Source of the DNA: Vicinamibacterales bacterium
GTDB taxonomy: Bacteria > Acidobacteriota > Vicinamibacteria > Vicinamibacterales > 2-12-FULL-66-21
NCBI GenBank assembly: GCA_048594885.1
Contig: JBMDXB010000082.1
Coordinates: 18,237 to 82,236, forward strand
DNA: 64,000 nucleotides
Direction of reading: 5' to 3'
The notes under the pieces were generated by a model. That model searched no databases, was not told the origin of the DNA, and saw only the letters and a program-made list of their open reading frames with translations. Position numbers and translations under genes: made by a program. Numbering within the stretch: position 1 is the first letter of the stretch; the number at the start of each line of letters is the position of its first letter. Shown here piece by piece: positions 9,641 to 18,729 of this stretch.

Positions 9641-10992
9641 CGGCGTCGCTGCCCGCTCACCGTAATCAGATACAACACGGCGCCCGCGATGAGCGCACCG
9701 GCGCCGGCGAGCAACTGCAGCTCGGTCGCGCCCGCGAGAATGCTCAGCGAGATGACGATTGCGGCAGCGGGAATGGCCGCGCCGAAGGGGAGTGTGAAGG
9801 TTGCCGGCCGGACCACGCTGGCGAAGGCGGAACGGCGCAGGCGAATCGTGGACCCGCACGTGGCCACGTAGACGAGCAGTCGGCTGACCGCGCTCGCCGC
9901 TGCGAGCGCTGCAAACGTGCCCGACAGCGCGAGCGCGAGCGCCACGCCCGCGGTGAAGAGAATCGCCACCGCCGGCGTCCGAAAGCGCGGATGGACGTAG
10001 CCGAAGAGAGCCGGCAGGTCGCCCTGTTCCGCGAGCGCGTACAAGTTGCGCGATCCGGAGAGCGCCTGCCCGAGGTTGTTGCCGGACGTCGAGACGAGGA
10101 CGCCAATCGTGATGAGCGCGGCACCCATCGGACCGAGGAACAGGCTGGCGGCATCGGCGAGCGGCGTCTTCAACGACGTCTCGAGCGAGGGATGCGTGCC
10201 GAGCGCCACGACCTGCACCAGCACGGTAATCGCCGCAACGATGACGATCGTCATGATCAATGCGAAGGGCACGGCCGTGCGAGGGCTCTTGGCCTCCCCC
10301 GCCGGCACCGGCACGACCTCGTAGCCGCCGAACGCAAAGATCAGTTGCAGCGCGCTCGCGGTCAGCGCCGTCACCGGGACTTCTCCTCCGGGACCGAGCC
10401 GCGCCGGCTCGATGTAGAACAACCCGGCGACGACGAAGATCGCCAGCGGAAGCACTTTGCCGATCGTGAACGCGTTCAGCACGAAGGAGCTCAGCCTGAT
10501 GCCACGCACATTGATGAGCGCGACCGCGGTGATGATCGCGGTGATGAGCGCAGCCCGCGGAAGCCCGCTGGTGAGCCCTGGCCGGTAGAAGCCGACGCCA
10601 TTGACGAGAACGTTGATCACCGCCGCCCAGCTCGCGGCGCGCGTGAACCACAGCATCCAGCCCACTTCGAACGCCGGGAAGCGGCCGAACGCGGCGCGCG
10701 TGTAGAGGTACGAGCCACCGGTGCCTTCGAAGCGGCTGCTCACCTCGGCAAACGACAGCGCGATCAGCAGCGAAGCGAACGCGACGGCGGCGACGAGCCA
10801 CGGACTCCATCCGCCGATCGAAGCGGCCAGCACTCCGGGCAGCGCAAAGACGGCGCTGCCAATCACCTGGTTGACGCCGATGGCTGTGAGATCCCATTTG
10901 CCGAGCTCCCGGCGAAGCGCCGGCGGTGACGAAACAGCGGACGCAGTCGGAGTGTCAGCCACGCGCGGCGTTGTATCATTCTTTGCGGTCAT
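9637..10992 (-). CDS. APC family amino acid permease
   Basis: LRRELG, NQVIGSAVF, GGSYLY, FAFGGYE and HPRFRTP motifs; start at ATG 10992. Confidence 0.9.
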   Translation of the reverse strand: MTAKNDTTPRVADTPTASAVSSPPALRRELGKWDLTAIGVNQVIGSAVFALPGVLAASIGGWSPWLVAAVAFASLLIALSFAEVSSRFEGTGGSYLYTRAAFGRFPAFEVGWMLWFTRAASWAAVINVLVNGVGFYRPGLTSGLPRAALITAIITAVALINVRGIRLSSFVLNAFTIGKVLPLAIFVVAGLFYIEPARLGPGGEVPVTALTASALQLIFAFGGYEVVPVPAGEAKSPRTAVPFALIMTIVIVAAITVLVQVVALGTHPSLETSLKTPLADAASLFLGPMGAALITIGVLVSTSGNNLGQALSGSRNLYALAEQGDLPALFGYVHPRFRTPAVAILFTAGVALALALSGTFAALAAASAVSRLLVYVATCGSTIRLRRSAFASVVRPATFTLPFGAAIPAAAIVISLSILAGATELQLLAGAGALIAGAVLYLITVSGQRRR

Positions 10993-11001
10993 TTCAAACC
11001 C

Positions 11002-12144
11002 GTGCAGCACTCCGACGTCATCGTCAAGCCTCGCGACGTGATGCCGCCGGGCGCCATGACGCTCCCGGCACCCTACTACGTCGATGCGCGCTACTTCGCG
11101 CGCGAAAAGGAGCTGCTGTTCGGCCGCATGTGGGTGTGTGCCGGGCGCCGCGAGCAGATCGAGCCGGCGGGCCGGTTCGTCGTCCGCGAGCTGCTCGGCG
11201 AGAGCATCATCATCACGACGAACGCCGATGGCCGCGTGCAGGCCTTCTACAACGTGTGCCGCCATCGCGGCACGCGGCTGTGCACCGAAGCAGAGGGCGC
11301 GTTCCCCGGCAGCATCCAATGCCCCTACCATGCGTGGACGTACGACCTGAGCGGCCGGCTCATTGGCGCCCCGCACATGGACGAAGTGCCGCACTTCAGG
11401 AAGGACGACTACCCGCTCCACCAGGTGCACGCGGACGAATGGGACGGCCACGTCTTCATCACGCTGGCGGAGGATCCGCCGCCGCTCCGCTCGCAGCTTG
11501 CGGATCTTCCGGACAAGTTCCGCGCGTGGCGGATGCAGGACCTTCGGCTCGGACACCGGATCGTCTACGACATCCAGGCGAACTGGAAGCTGATCGTGCA
11601 GAACTACAACGAGTGCCTGCACTGCCCCAATCTGCATCCGGCGCTGAACAAGCTGTCGCACTATCTGAGCGGCGAGAACGAGCCGCTGCGGCCGACCTAC
11701 ATGGGCGGCCGTATGGATCTGCGGCCAGGAGTGGAGACGCTGTCGATCGACGGCAAGTGCCCGCGGGCGTTGCTACCGGGCGTGGCTGCCGAAGACCTCC
11801 GGCGCGTCTACTACTATGCGATCTTCCCGAACATGTTCCTGAGCCTGCACCCGGACTACATGCTCGTGCACACTCTCTGGCCGCTCGCGCCGGATCGCAC
11901 CATCAACATCTGCGAGTGGCACTTCCATCCGCAAGAGCTCTCGCGCCCCGGGTTCCGGGCAGACGATGCGATCGAGTTCTGGGACATGACGAACCGGCAG
12001 GACTGGCACGTGTGCGAGCTGTCGCAGGCGGGGATCTCGTCGCGCGCGTACACGCCGGGACCGTACTCGAACCGCGAGGAGCTGCTCTACGCGTTCGATC
12101 GGATGATCGTCGCGCTGCACGAAAGCGCGAGCGCCGCGCCGTGA
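11002..12144 (+). CDS. Rieske non-heme iron oxygenase alpha subunit (choline monooxygenase/GbcA-like)
   Basis: NVCRHRG and CPYHAW Rieske ligands; NWK..NYNECLHCPNLHP and QDWHVCE mononuclear Fe site. Confidence 0.9.
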   Translation: MQHSDVIVKPRDVMPPGAMTLPAPYYVDARYFAREKELLFGRMWVCAGRREQIEPAGRFVVRELLGESIIITTNADGRVQAFYNVCRHRGTRLCTEAEGAFPGSIQCPYHAWTYDLSGRLIGAPHMDEVPHFRKDDYPLHQVHADEWDGHVFITLAEDPPPLRSQLADLPDKFRAWRMQDLRLGHRIVYDIQANWKLIVQNYNECLHCPNLHPALNKLSHYLSGENEPLRPTYMGGRMDLRPGVETLSIDGKCPRALLPGVAAEDLRRVYYYAIFPNMFLSLHPDYMLVHTLWPLAPDRTINICEWHFHPQELSRPGFRADDAIEFWDMTNRQDWHVCELSQAGISSRAYTPGPYSNREELLYAFDRMIVALHESASAAP

Positions 12145-12247
12145 CGCCCGCGGCATTCCGCAATCACGGCATCTCTATCGCCGGAATCGCCGCGCACGGC
12201 TGAATGCGACGGCGTCCGACGATCGCGTTCTGGCCCACGTGACGCAG

Positions 12248-12490
12248 CTCACAGGAGAAACAGGGAAGAGGAGAACAAGTTCTTTGCTCGAGATCGATTT
12301 CAGCGTCGTCATCCGCTCGCGATCCCCGACTCGTAGCGCGGCAGGCAACAAAGAGTTCTCCGCTTCTTCGGTGCTCGGAAATGAGAGCCGCTGGACGGGC
12401 AGACGGCCGGCTGCGCGATCAGGAAGGCACGAAGCCACGAAGACACGAAACCAACAGGGCTTCGTGCCTTCGCGCCTTCGTGTCTTCGTG
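12248..12490. repeat. Two intergenic inverted elements: degenerate purine/pyrimidine arms (12248-12385) and octamer arms CACGAAGN x4 / CTTCGTGN x4 (12420-12490)
   Basis: caggaaggcacgaagccacgaagacacgaaa ... cttcgtgccttcgcgccttcgtgtcttcgtg read directly from the sequence. Confidence 0.75.
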
Positions 12491-12640
12491 GGAGCCGCAG
12501 GCTGGCGTGGCCGCGGACTTTTCATGCTGCGGGGTGAGCGGAGCTCATGGTGACTCGTGTGAATGCGAGTCGCAGCAAGCACGAAACCCGGCGCGCCCGT
12601 GCCGCAACGTCGCAACTGACGAGCAGGTCTCGAGCCAACG

Positions 12641-13840
12641 TCACGCAGGCGGGATCGCCGTCTTCCTCTTCGGATTGAAGAACGGCGTGCTCACGACGGT
12701 GGCCGGCACACGATGCCGCACGGATTCCACGGTCACTTCCATCTGCAGCGTCGTGCCTTCGGCGTAGTGCGGCCGCTCGATCGTGGCGAGGGCGATCGTC
12801 TTCTTCAGCACCGGCGACCACGTCGTCGACGTCGCTTTCCCCACCTGACGGCCCGATTTGTAGACCGGAACCGCTACGCGTGAGGCGGTGGCGGCGACGG
12901 TTGGCGCCAGGCCCACAGCGTCGTAGATCTTCTCGACCTGGGTCCAGTCCACTTCGAGGCCGACGACCTGGCGCGCGTGGCCGCGCGCGCGCTCGTCGCG
13001 CAGCGCGCGCTGGCCGACGAACCGCGCCTTGTCTAGGCTGACGAGTCGCCCGAGCCCCATCTCGTACGGCGAGTACATCTGCGACGCGATCATGGCTTTC
13101 TTGCTGCTGAAGAAGTCGACCTCGATGAGCAGCAGGCCGGCCTCGATGCGCGCGACGTCGAGCGCCAGCATGCCGGCCGGCTTGATGTCGAACGCGCGGC
13201 CGCTTGCCATCAGCGCGTCCCACACGCGGACCGCGTCGCGGGCGGGGATCCAGATCTCGTAGCCGAGATCGCCGGTGTATCCCGTCCTCGAGATGTCGAC
13301 GTTGACACCGGCGATCGTCCCGTTCGTGACGCGGAAGTACTTCAGGCTGTCGATGTCCGCTCGAGCGACGGCGCGAAGAAGCCGCGCCGACGTCGGTCCC
13401 TGCAGCGCGAGCGCGGCGACGTCTTCCGAGATGTCCTCGATGTTGACCTCGAGACCCGCCGCGTTCTGCGTGAACCACCGCACACTCGGATCCGCAGCCG
13501 TCCACCGAAAGGTCTGCTCACCGAGTCGCGACACCGTTCCGTCATCGATGACCTTGCCGTGCTCGTCGCACCAGGGCGTGTAGAACACCTGCCCGATCGC
13601 CATCTTCGACACGTCGCGGGTGATCAGGCGATCGACGAGGCGCGCCGCGTCGGGCCCGGTGACCAGGTATTTGAAGAGCGGCGACACGTCGATCAGTGCC
13701 GAGGCGTTGCGGATCGCGTTGTATTCGTGCTCGTGATGGCTCTCGAAGGCGCTGACCGCGTAATAGCCGGACCATTCGCGATAGTTGAGGCTCTCGCACA
13801 GCGCGAACGTCCGCTCGTGGACGGCAGTTCCGATCGGCAT
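12641..13840 (-). CDS. GcvT-like aminomethyltransferase (folate-binding) family protein
   Basis: LIDVSPLFK, GKVIDDG, LQGP, SRTGYTGDLGYEIW and ARIEAG motifs. Confidence 0.9.
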   Translation of the reverse strand: MPIGTAVHERTFALCESLNYREWSGYYAVSAFESHHEHEYNAIRNASALIDVSPLFKYLVTGPDAARLVDRLITRDVSKMAIGQVFYTPWCDEHGKVIDDGTVSRLGEQTFRWTAADPSVRWFTQNAAGLEVNIEDISEDVAALALQGPTSARLLRAVARADIDSLKYFRVTNGTIAGVNVDISRTGYTGDLGYEIWIPARDAVRVWDALMASGRAFDIKPAGMLALDVARIEAGLLLIEVDFFSSKKAMIASQMYSPYEMGLGRLVSLDKARFVGQRALRDERARGHARQVVGLEVDWTQVEKIYDAVGLAPTVAATASRVAVPVYKSGRQVGKATSTTWSPVLKKTIALATIERPHYAEGTTLQMEVTVESVRHRVPATVVSTPFFNPKRKTAIPPA

Positions 13841-13857
13841 GCGCTCAGTCTACCGCC

Positions 13858-13995
13858 TGGAAGGAGCCTCGGCGCACCTGCTCATCAACGCCCCCCCGGC
13901 GCCACCGAGGCCCGCTCGGCGGTCTCGCGATGCCCTCCGTTTCTCCGTTTCTCCGTTTCTCTTTTTCAGCATTCAGCATTCAGCATTCAGCATTG
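13858..13995 (+). repeat. Composite repeat copy 1: ~75-bp core + (CTCCGTTT)n + (CAGCATT)n
   Basis: Direct-repeat similarity to 16540-16701. Confidence 0.8.
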
Positions 13996-14069
13996 ACCGC
14001 CGTAAACCTCCAACCTCCGCTTTCCGTCCAATCGGCGAGGACGGCCACCCCACTCGCGGAGGCTTTCGA

Positions 14070-16466
14070 ATGCTCGCCGAGATCATGCGCGATAGCCACT
14101 ACGCCATCCGTCAACTGCTGAAGAGCCCTGGGTTCGCCGTCGTCGCAATTCTGACGATTGCGCTCGGCACCGGCGCGACCAGCGCGATGTTCAGCGTCAT
14201 CAACGGCGTGCTGCTGCGGCCGCTGCCCTACCCGGAGCCTGACGCGCTCGTGCGCATCAACGAGATCCTGCCGCGTTTCGGCCGCTTCTCCGTTGCGCCG
14301 GCGACGTTTCTCGACTGGCGGTCGCAGAACACGTCGCTCGAGCACACCGTAGCGATGACGTCCGGCTCGGCGGCGCTGATGACGCGCGACGGCCCGGAGC
14401 GCGTAACGAACGCCGCCGTGTCATGGGACTTCTTTCAGATGCTCCGGGTGGCCCCAGCGCTCGGCGGCACGTTCGGCGCCGAGCACGACGTGCCGGGCAA
14501 GACCGACGTCATCGTTTTGAGCCACGGGATGTGGCAACGCCGCTTTGGCGCCGACCCGGCCATCGTCGGGCAGGCCATCACGCTCAACGGCACGCCGATG
14601 ACGATCCTCGGCGTGATGCCGGCCGGCTTCCAGATACCGAGGGACGCCGAGTACTGGACGCCGCTCGCCTTCACCGCGGCGAAGGCATCGCGGGGCGGGC
14701 ATTTCCTCGCGGTCTTCGGCCGTCTGAAGCCCGGCGTGACGGTACAGCAGGCGAACGCCGAGCTGAAATCAGTCAGCGAACGGCTGGCGGCGCAGTATCC
14801 GGACAGCAGCGCCGACGAGTCCGCCGAAGTCGTTCCGGTGCTCGATCAAATCGTCGGCGGCATCCGCGAACCGCTCCTCACGCTGCTCGCCGCCGTCGGC
14901 GTCGTCGTGCTCATCGCCTGCGCGAACGTGGCGAACCTGCTGCTGGTCCGCGCGTCGGTGCGCGAAAAGGAGCTGGCGATCCGCAGCGCCCTCGGCGCCG
15001 GCCGACTGCGAATCGTACGGCAGCTGCTGTGCGAGAGCCTCGTCCTGGCTCTGGCGGGCGGTGCGCTCGGTGTGATGCTCGCGTACGCCGCCATCCCGGT
15101 GATCAAAGAGCTGAGTGCCGGCAGCATTCCCCGCGTCCAGGACGTGTCAATCGACGGCCGGGTCCTGTTCTTCGCCTTCGGTGTTTCGATTGCCACGGGC
15201 CTGGCGTTCGGGCTCGCGCCTGCCTGGCAGGCGTCGCGCAACCGCGAGGCGTCGGCGCTGAAGGAAGGCGGCCGATCGTCGGTGACCAGCGGCCGGTGGA
15301 TGCGCGGCATCCTCCTCGTCGCCGAGGTCGCGCTGTCGATCGTCCTGCTCGTCGGCGCGGCGCTGCTGCTGCGAAGCTTCGCGCGCGTCACGAATATCGA
15401 CCCGGGCTTCCGAGCCGAGCGCGTGCTCGCGTTCCGCGTGGCTCTCCCGCAGACGTCGTACCCCGATCGCGCGGCCCGCCTCGCGTTTTTCGATCGTCTC
15501 CTCACCCGCCTGCGGTCGCTGCCGCAGGTTCGCTCCGCCGCCGCCACGCAGACGCTGCCGATGCGCGGGGACTATTACCTGTCGTTCGAGATCCAGGGCC
15601 GCCCGAAGCCCAGACCCGGAGAGGGCTTTTCGGCCAGCTATCGCGTGGGCAGCCCCGGATACTTCGAATCGCTGGGCGTCCCGCTCAAGCGCGGGCGCAC
15701 GTTCACCGAACGCGACGCCGAGAAGGCGCCGCTGGTGGCGATCATCGACGAAGCGTTCGCGGCGCGGCACTTCCCGGGTGAAGATCCGATCGGCCGCGGC
15801 CTCGACATCGGCAACGGCACCGACGGCTTTTTCGAAATCGTCGGCATCGTCGGCGACGTGCGGCACAGCGGTCTCGACGCGAAGCCGACACCGACGATGT
15901 ACGTGCCGTACACACAGGACGTCTTCGGCTCGCTGTGGGTGCTGGCGCGAACCGACGGGAATCCGGCCAGTCTTGCGCCGCTGGCGCGGCAGACCGTGCG
16001 CGAGATCGACCCGGCGCTGCCCGCCTTTTCGATCGCCCCGCTGCTCGACACCGTCTCGGAATCCGTCGGGCAGCGCCGGTTCAGCCTGCTGCTGCTGGCG
16101 GCGTTCGCGGCCATCGCGCTGGTGCTTGCATCGGTCGGCATCTACGGCGTCGTCGCCTATGCCGTCAGCCAGCGGACGCAGGAGATTGGCGTGCGGATGG
16201 CGATTGGTGCCGAGCGCGGCGACGTGCTGCGACTGATTGTCGGCGGCGGGATGAAACTGGCGCTGGCGGGCGTGGGCATCGGAGTCGCTGCCGCGCTGGC
16301 GCTGTCACGCTATATTGCCACGATGCTGTTCGAGACGGAGCCGTTCGATCCGGTCAGCTACGGTGCCACGATCGCCGTGCTGCTCGCCGTCGCGCTGGCG
16401 GCCTGCTACGTGCCCGCGCGGCGCGCCATGAACCTCGATCCGGTCAGGGCCATCCGGCAAGAATAA
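14070..16466 (+). CDS. ADOP-type duplicated ABC transporter permease (MacB/FtsX domains)
   Basis: KSPGFAVVAILTIALG, LIACANVANLLL and RTQEIGVRMAIGA motifs; GGAGG RBS before ATG 14070. Confidence 0.92.
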   Translation: MLAEIMRDSHYAIRQLLKSPGFAVVAILTIALGTGATSAMFSVINGVLLRPLPYPEPDALVRINEILPRFGRFSVAPATFLDWRSQNTSLEHTVAMTSGSAALMTRDGPERVTNAAVSWDFFQMLRVAPALGGTFGAEHDVPGKTDVIVLSHGMWQRRFGADPAIVGQAITLNGTPMTILGVMPAGFQIPRDAEYWTPLAFTAAKASRGGHFLAVFGRLKPGVTVQQANAELKSVSERLAAQYPDSSADESAEVVPVLDQIVGGIREPLLTLLAAVGVVVLIACANVANLLLVRASVREKELAIRSALGAGRLRIVRQLLCESLVLALAGGALGVMLAYAAIPVIKELSAGSIPRVQDVSIDGRVLFFAFGVSIATGLAFGLAPAWQASRNREASALKEGGRSSVTSGRWMRGILLVAEVALSIVLLVGAALLLRSFARVTNIDPGFRAERVLAFRVALPQTSYPDRAARLAFFDRLLTRLRSLPQVRSAAATQTLPMRGDYYLSFEIQGRPKPRPGEGFSASYRVGSPGYFESLGVPLKRGRTFTERDAEKAPLVAIIDEAFAARHFPGEDPIGRGLDIGNGTDGFFEIVGIVGDVRHSGLDAKPTPTMYVPYTQDVFGSLWVLARTDGNPASLAPLARQTVREIDPALPAFSIAPLLDTVSESVGQRRFSLLLLAAFAAIALVLASVGIYGVVAYAVSQRTQEIGVRMAIGAERGDVLRLIVGGGMKLALAGVGIGVAAALALSRYIATMLFETEPFDPVSYGATIAVLLAVALAACYVPARRAMNLDPVRAIRQE

Positions 16467-16539
16467 CGCTCGTGACCGGCTGCTCCAATCGGCAGTCTAC
16501 GCGCCAGCGCTGATGTAGAATCACGAAACCATGCGCGCA

Positions 16540-16701
16540 TGGAAGGGAGCCTCGGCCCACCTGCTCATCCACGCCCGCCTCGGCGCCAACGAAGCCCGCT
16601 CGGCCGGCCTCTGATCTCCCTCCGTTTCCTCCTCCGTTTTCTCCGTTTCTCCGGTACTCCGTTTCTCTGTTTCAGCATTGAGCATTCGGCATTCAGCATT
16701 G
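16540..16701 (+). repeat. Composite repeat copy 2; the last CAGCATT-G supplies a TTG start for the next gene
   Basis: tggaagggagcctcggcccacctgctcatccacgcc... followed by CTCCGTTT and CAGCATT units. Confidence 0.8.
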
Positions 16702-18282
16702 CCTCACTACGACGTCATCGTCATCGGCGGTGGCCACAACGGCCTGACGGCGGCCGCGTATCTCGCGAAGGCCGGCCGCAAAGTGCTGGTGCTCGAGCGC
16801 CGCTACGTGCTGGGCGGCGCGGCGGTGACGGAGGAGATCTTTCCCGGCTTCAAGTACTCGGTCGCGTCGTACGTAGTCTCGCTGCTGCGGCCGGAGATCA
16901 TCCGCGAGCTCGATCTGCCGCGGCACGGCCTGGAGATCCTGCCGCTCGACGGCACGTTCACGCCCATGCCGGACGGCAACCACCTGTGGCGCGTCAACGA
17001 TCACGCGAAGACACGGCGGGAGATCGCACGCCACTCGAAGGTCGATGCGGAGGCGTACGACGAGTACGGCAAGGCGATGGTCGAGATGGGCCGCTTCGTG
17101 AAGCCGATCCTCGACATGACGCCGCCCGACCCCACGTCGCTCGATCCGCGCGGCCTCATGGATCTCTTGTTCCTGGGCCGCCGCTTCCAGGCGCTGTCCG
17201 ACCGCGACAAGTACAACCAGGTCCAGCTCATGACGATGAGCGCGGTCGATTTCCTCGACCAGTGGTTCGAGACGGACGTCCTCAAGGCGACGATGTCCGC
17301 GTCCGGGATCATCGGCACGTTTCTCGGCGTGCGGTCTCCCGGCACGGCCTACGTGCTGCTGCACCACTACATGGGAGAGATCGACGGCGCGTTTCGATCC
17401 TGGGGGCTGTCGCGCGGCGGAACCGGCGCCATCTCGAACGCCATCGCCGACGCTGCGCGTGAGGCGGGCGCCGAGATCCGTACGGAGGCTCCCGTCTCGA
17501 AGATCATCGTCAAGGACGCAGCGGCCGGGGGCGTCATCCTCGCGAACGGCGACTACGTCACCGCGAACGCGATCGCGTCGAGCGTCGATCCCAGCCTCAC
17601 CTTCCTGAAGATGGTGGGCGAGGAGCATCTCCCCGGCGAGTTCGTCGAGGACATCCGCCGCTACAAGTTCCGCGGCTCGTCAGGGAAAGTGAACCTGGCG
17701 CTCGACACGCTGCCGGACTTCACGTCGATGCCGGGCCCCGGCGCTCACCTGCGCGGGGCGATCTCGATTTCACCGGCCGTCGACTACATGGAACGCGCAT
17801 ACGACGATGCGAAGTACGGGCGGTACTCGCGACGTCCATATATCGACATCGTCATTCCGAGCCTGACGGACCCGTCCGTGGCGCCGCCCGGCAAACACGT
17901 GATGTCGTGCTTCGTGCAGTACGCGCCGTATCACCTGAAGGACGGCACGTGGGACGAGCACAGCGAGGCGTTCGGCGACACCGTGATCGACACGATTGCG
18001 GAGTACGCGCCGAACATCCGCGACATCATCCTGCACCGCCAGGTCGTGACGCCGCTCGACCTCGAGCGCGAGTGGGGACTCACCGAAGGCAACATCTTCC
18101 AGGGTGAGCTCACGCTGGAGCAGCTCTTCTTCCTCCGCCCCGCGCCCGGTTGGGCTCAGTACCGGACGCCAATTCGCAACCTCTATATGTGCGGATCCGC
18201 GACCCATCCCGGCGGCGGAATCATGGGCGCGCCGGGGAGGAACGCGGCGCGGATGATGCGGCGCGAAGGAGTTAGGAGTTAG
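16699..18282 (+). CDS. Phytoene desaturase-like (CrtI/PYROXD2 family) FAD oxidoreductase A
   Basis: VIGGGHNGL FAD motif, GNIFQGE, LYMCGSATHPGGGIMG. Start TTG 16699 inferred. Confidence 0.88.
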   Translation: MPHYDVIVIGGGHNGLTAAAYLAKAGRKVLVLERRYVLGGAAVTEEIFPGFKYSVASYVVSLLRPEIIRELDLPRHGLEILPLDGTFTPMPDGNHLWRVNDHAKTRREIARHSKVDAEAYDEYGKAMVEMGRFVKPILDMTPPDPTSLDPRGLMDLLFLGRRFQALSDRDKYNQVQLMTMSAVDFLDQWFETDVLKATMSASGIIGTFLGVRSPGTAYVLLHHYMGEIDGAFRSWGLSRGGTGAISNAIADAAREAGAEIRTEAPVSKIIVKDAAAGGVILANGDYVTANAIASSVDPSLTFLKMVGEEHLPGEFVEDIRRYKFRGSSGKVNLALDTLPDFTSMPGPGAHLRGAISISPAVDYMERAYDDAKYGRYSRRPYIDIVIPSLTDPSVAPPGKHVMSCFVQYAPYHLKDGTWDEHSEAFGDTVIDTIAEYAPNIRDIILHRQVVTPLDLEREWGLTEGNIFQGELTLEQLFFLRPAPGWAQYRTPIRNLYMCGSATHPGGGIMGAPGRNAARMMRREGVRS

Positions 18283-18308
18283 GAGTTAGGAGCTAGGAGC
18301 TAGGAGGA
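18267..18308 (+). repeat. Left arm: (AGGAGYT) x5 + AGGAG
   Basis: aggagtt x3, aggagct x2, aggagga; contains the stop of the upstream gene and the RBS of the next. Confidence 0.95.
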
Positions 18309-18311
18309 GAG

Positions 18312-18686
18312 ATGGACCGCGAACCGGCGCGAAGATTCGAAGATCTCGTCGTATGGCAGAAGGGACACGCGCTCGTTCTGCGCGTGTACAAGCTGACCAA
18401 GGAGTTTCCTCGCGAAGAGTTGTTCGGTCTCGTCGACCAGATGCGCCGCGCAGCAGTCTCGGTGCCAGCAAACGTCGCGGAAGGCTTCTCAAAGAGAGGA
18501 CGGACGGACAAGGCACGGCTGATGAACGTTGCCCAGGGGTCGCTCGAGGAACTCAGGTACTACTTCATTCTCGCGCGCGACCTGGCATACCTCCCGGCCG
18601 AGACGAAGTGGCCGGACCTCGATGAGGTTGGCAGGTTGCTCGGAGCGTACGTCCGCGCGTTGCGAGCAGCAGCTCCTAGCTCCTAG
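18312..18686 (+). CDS. Four-helix-bundle protein (23S rRNA IVP / TIGR02436-like family)
   Basis: FEDLVVWQK, FPREELFGLVDQMRRAAVSVPANVAEG and AQGSLEELRYY motifs. Confidence 0.93.
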   Translation: MDREPARRFEDLVVWQKGHALVLRVYKLTKEFPREELFGLVDQMRRAAVSVPANVAEGFSKRGRTDKARLMNVAQGSLEELRYYFILARDLAYLPAETKWPDLDEVGRLLGAYVRALRAAAPSS

Positions 18687-18726
18687 CTCCTAGCTCCTAG
18701 CTCCTAGCTCCTAGCTCCTAGCTCCT
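18671..18726 (-). repeat. Right arm: (AGCTCCT) x8, reverse complement of the left-arm unit
   Basis: Eight perfect heptamers ending 3 nt before ATG 18730. Confidence 0.95.
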
Positions 18727-18729
18727 GAC

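Noticed and set aside
18312-18686. DGR Avd or a true 23S rRNA intervening sequence
   Set aside because: No reverse transcriptase, TR/VR pair or rRNA in the window.
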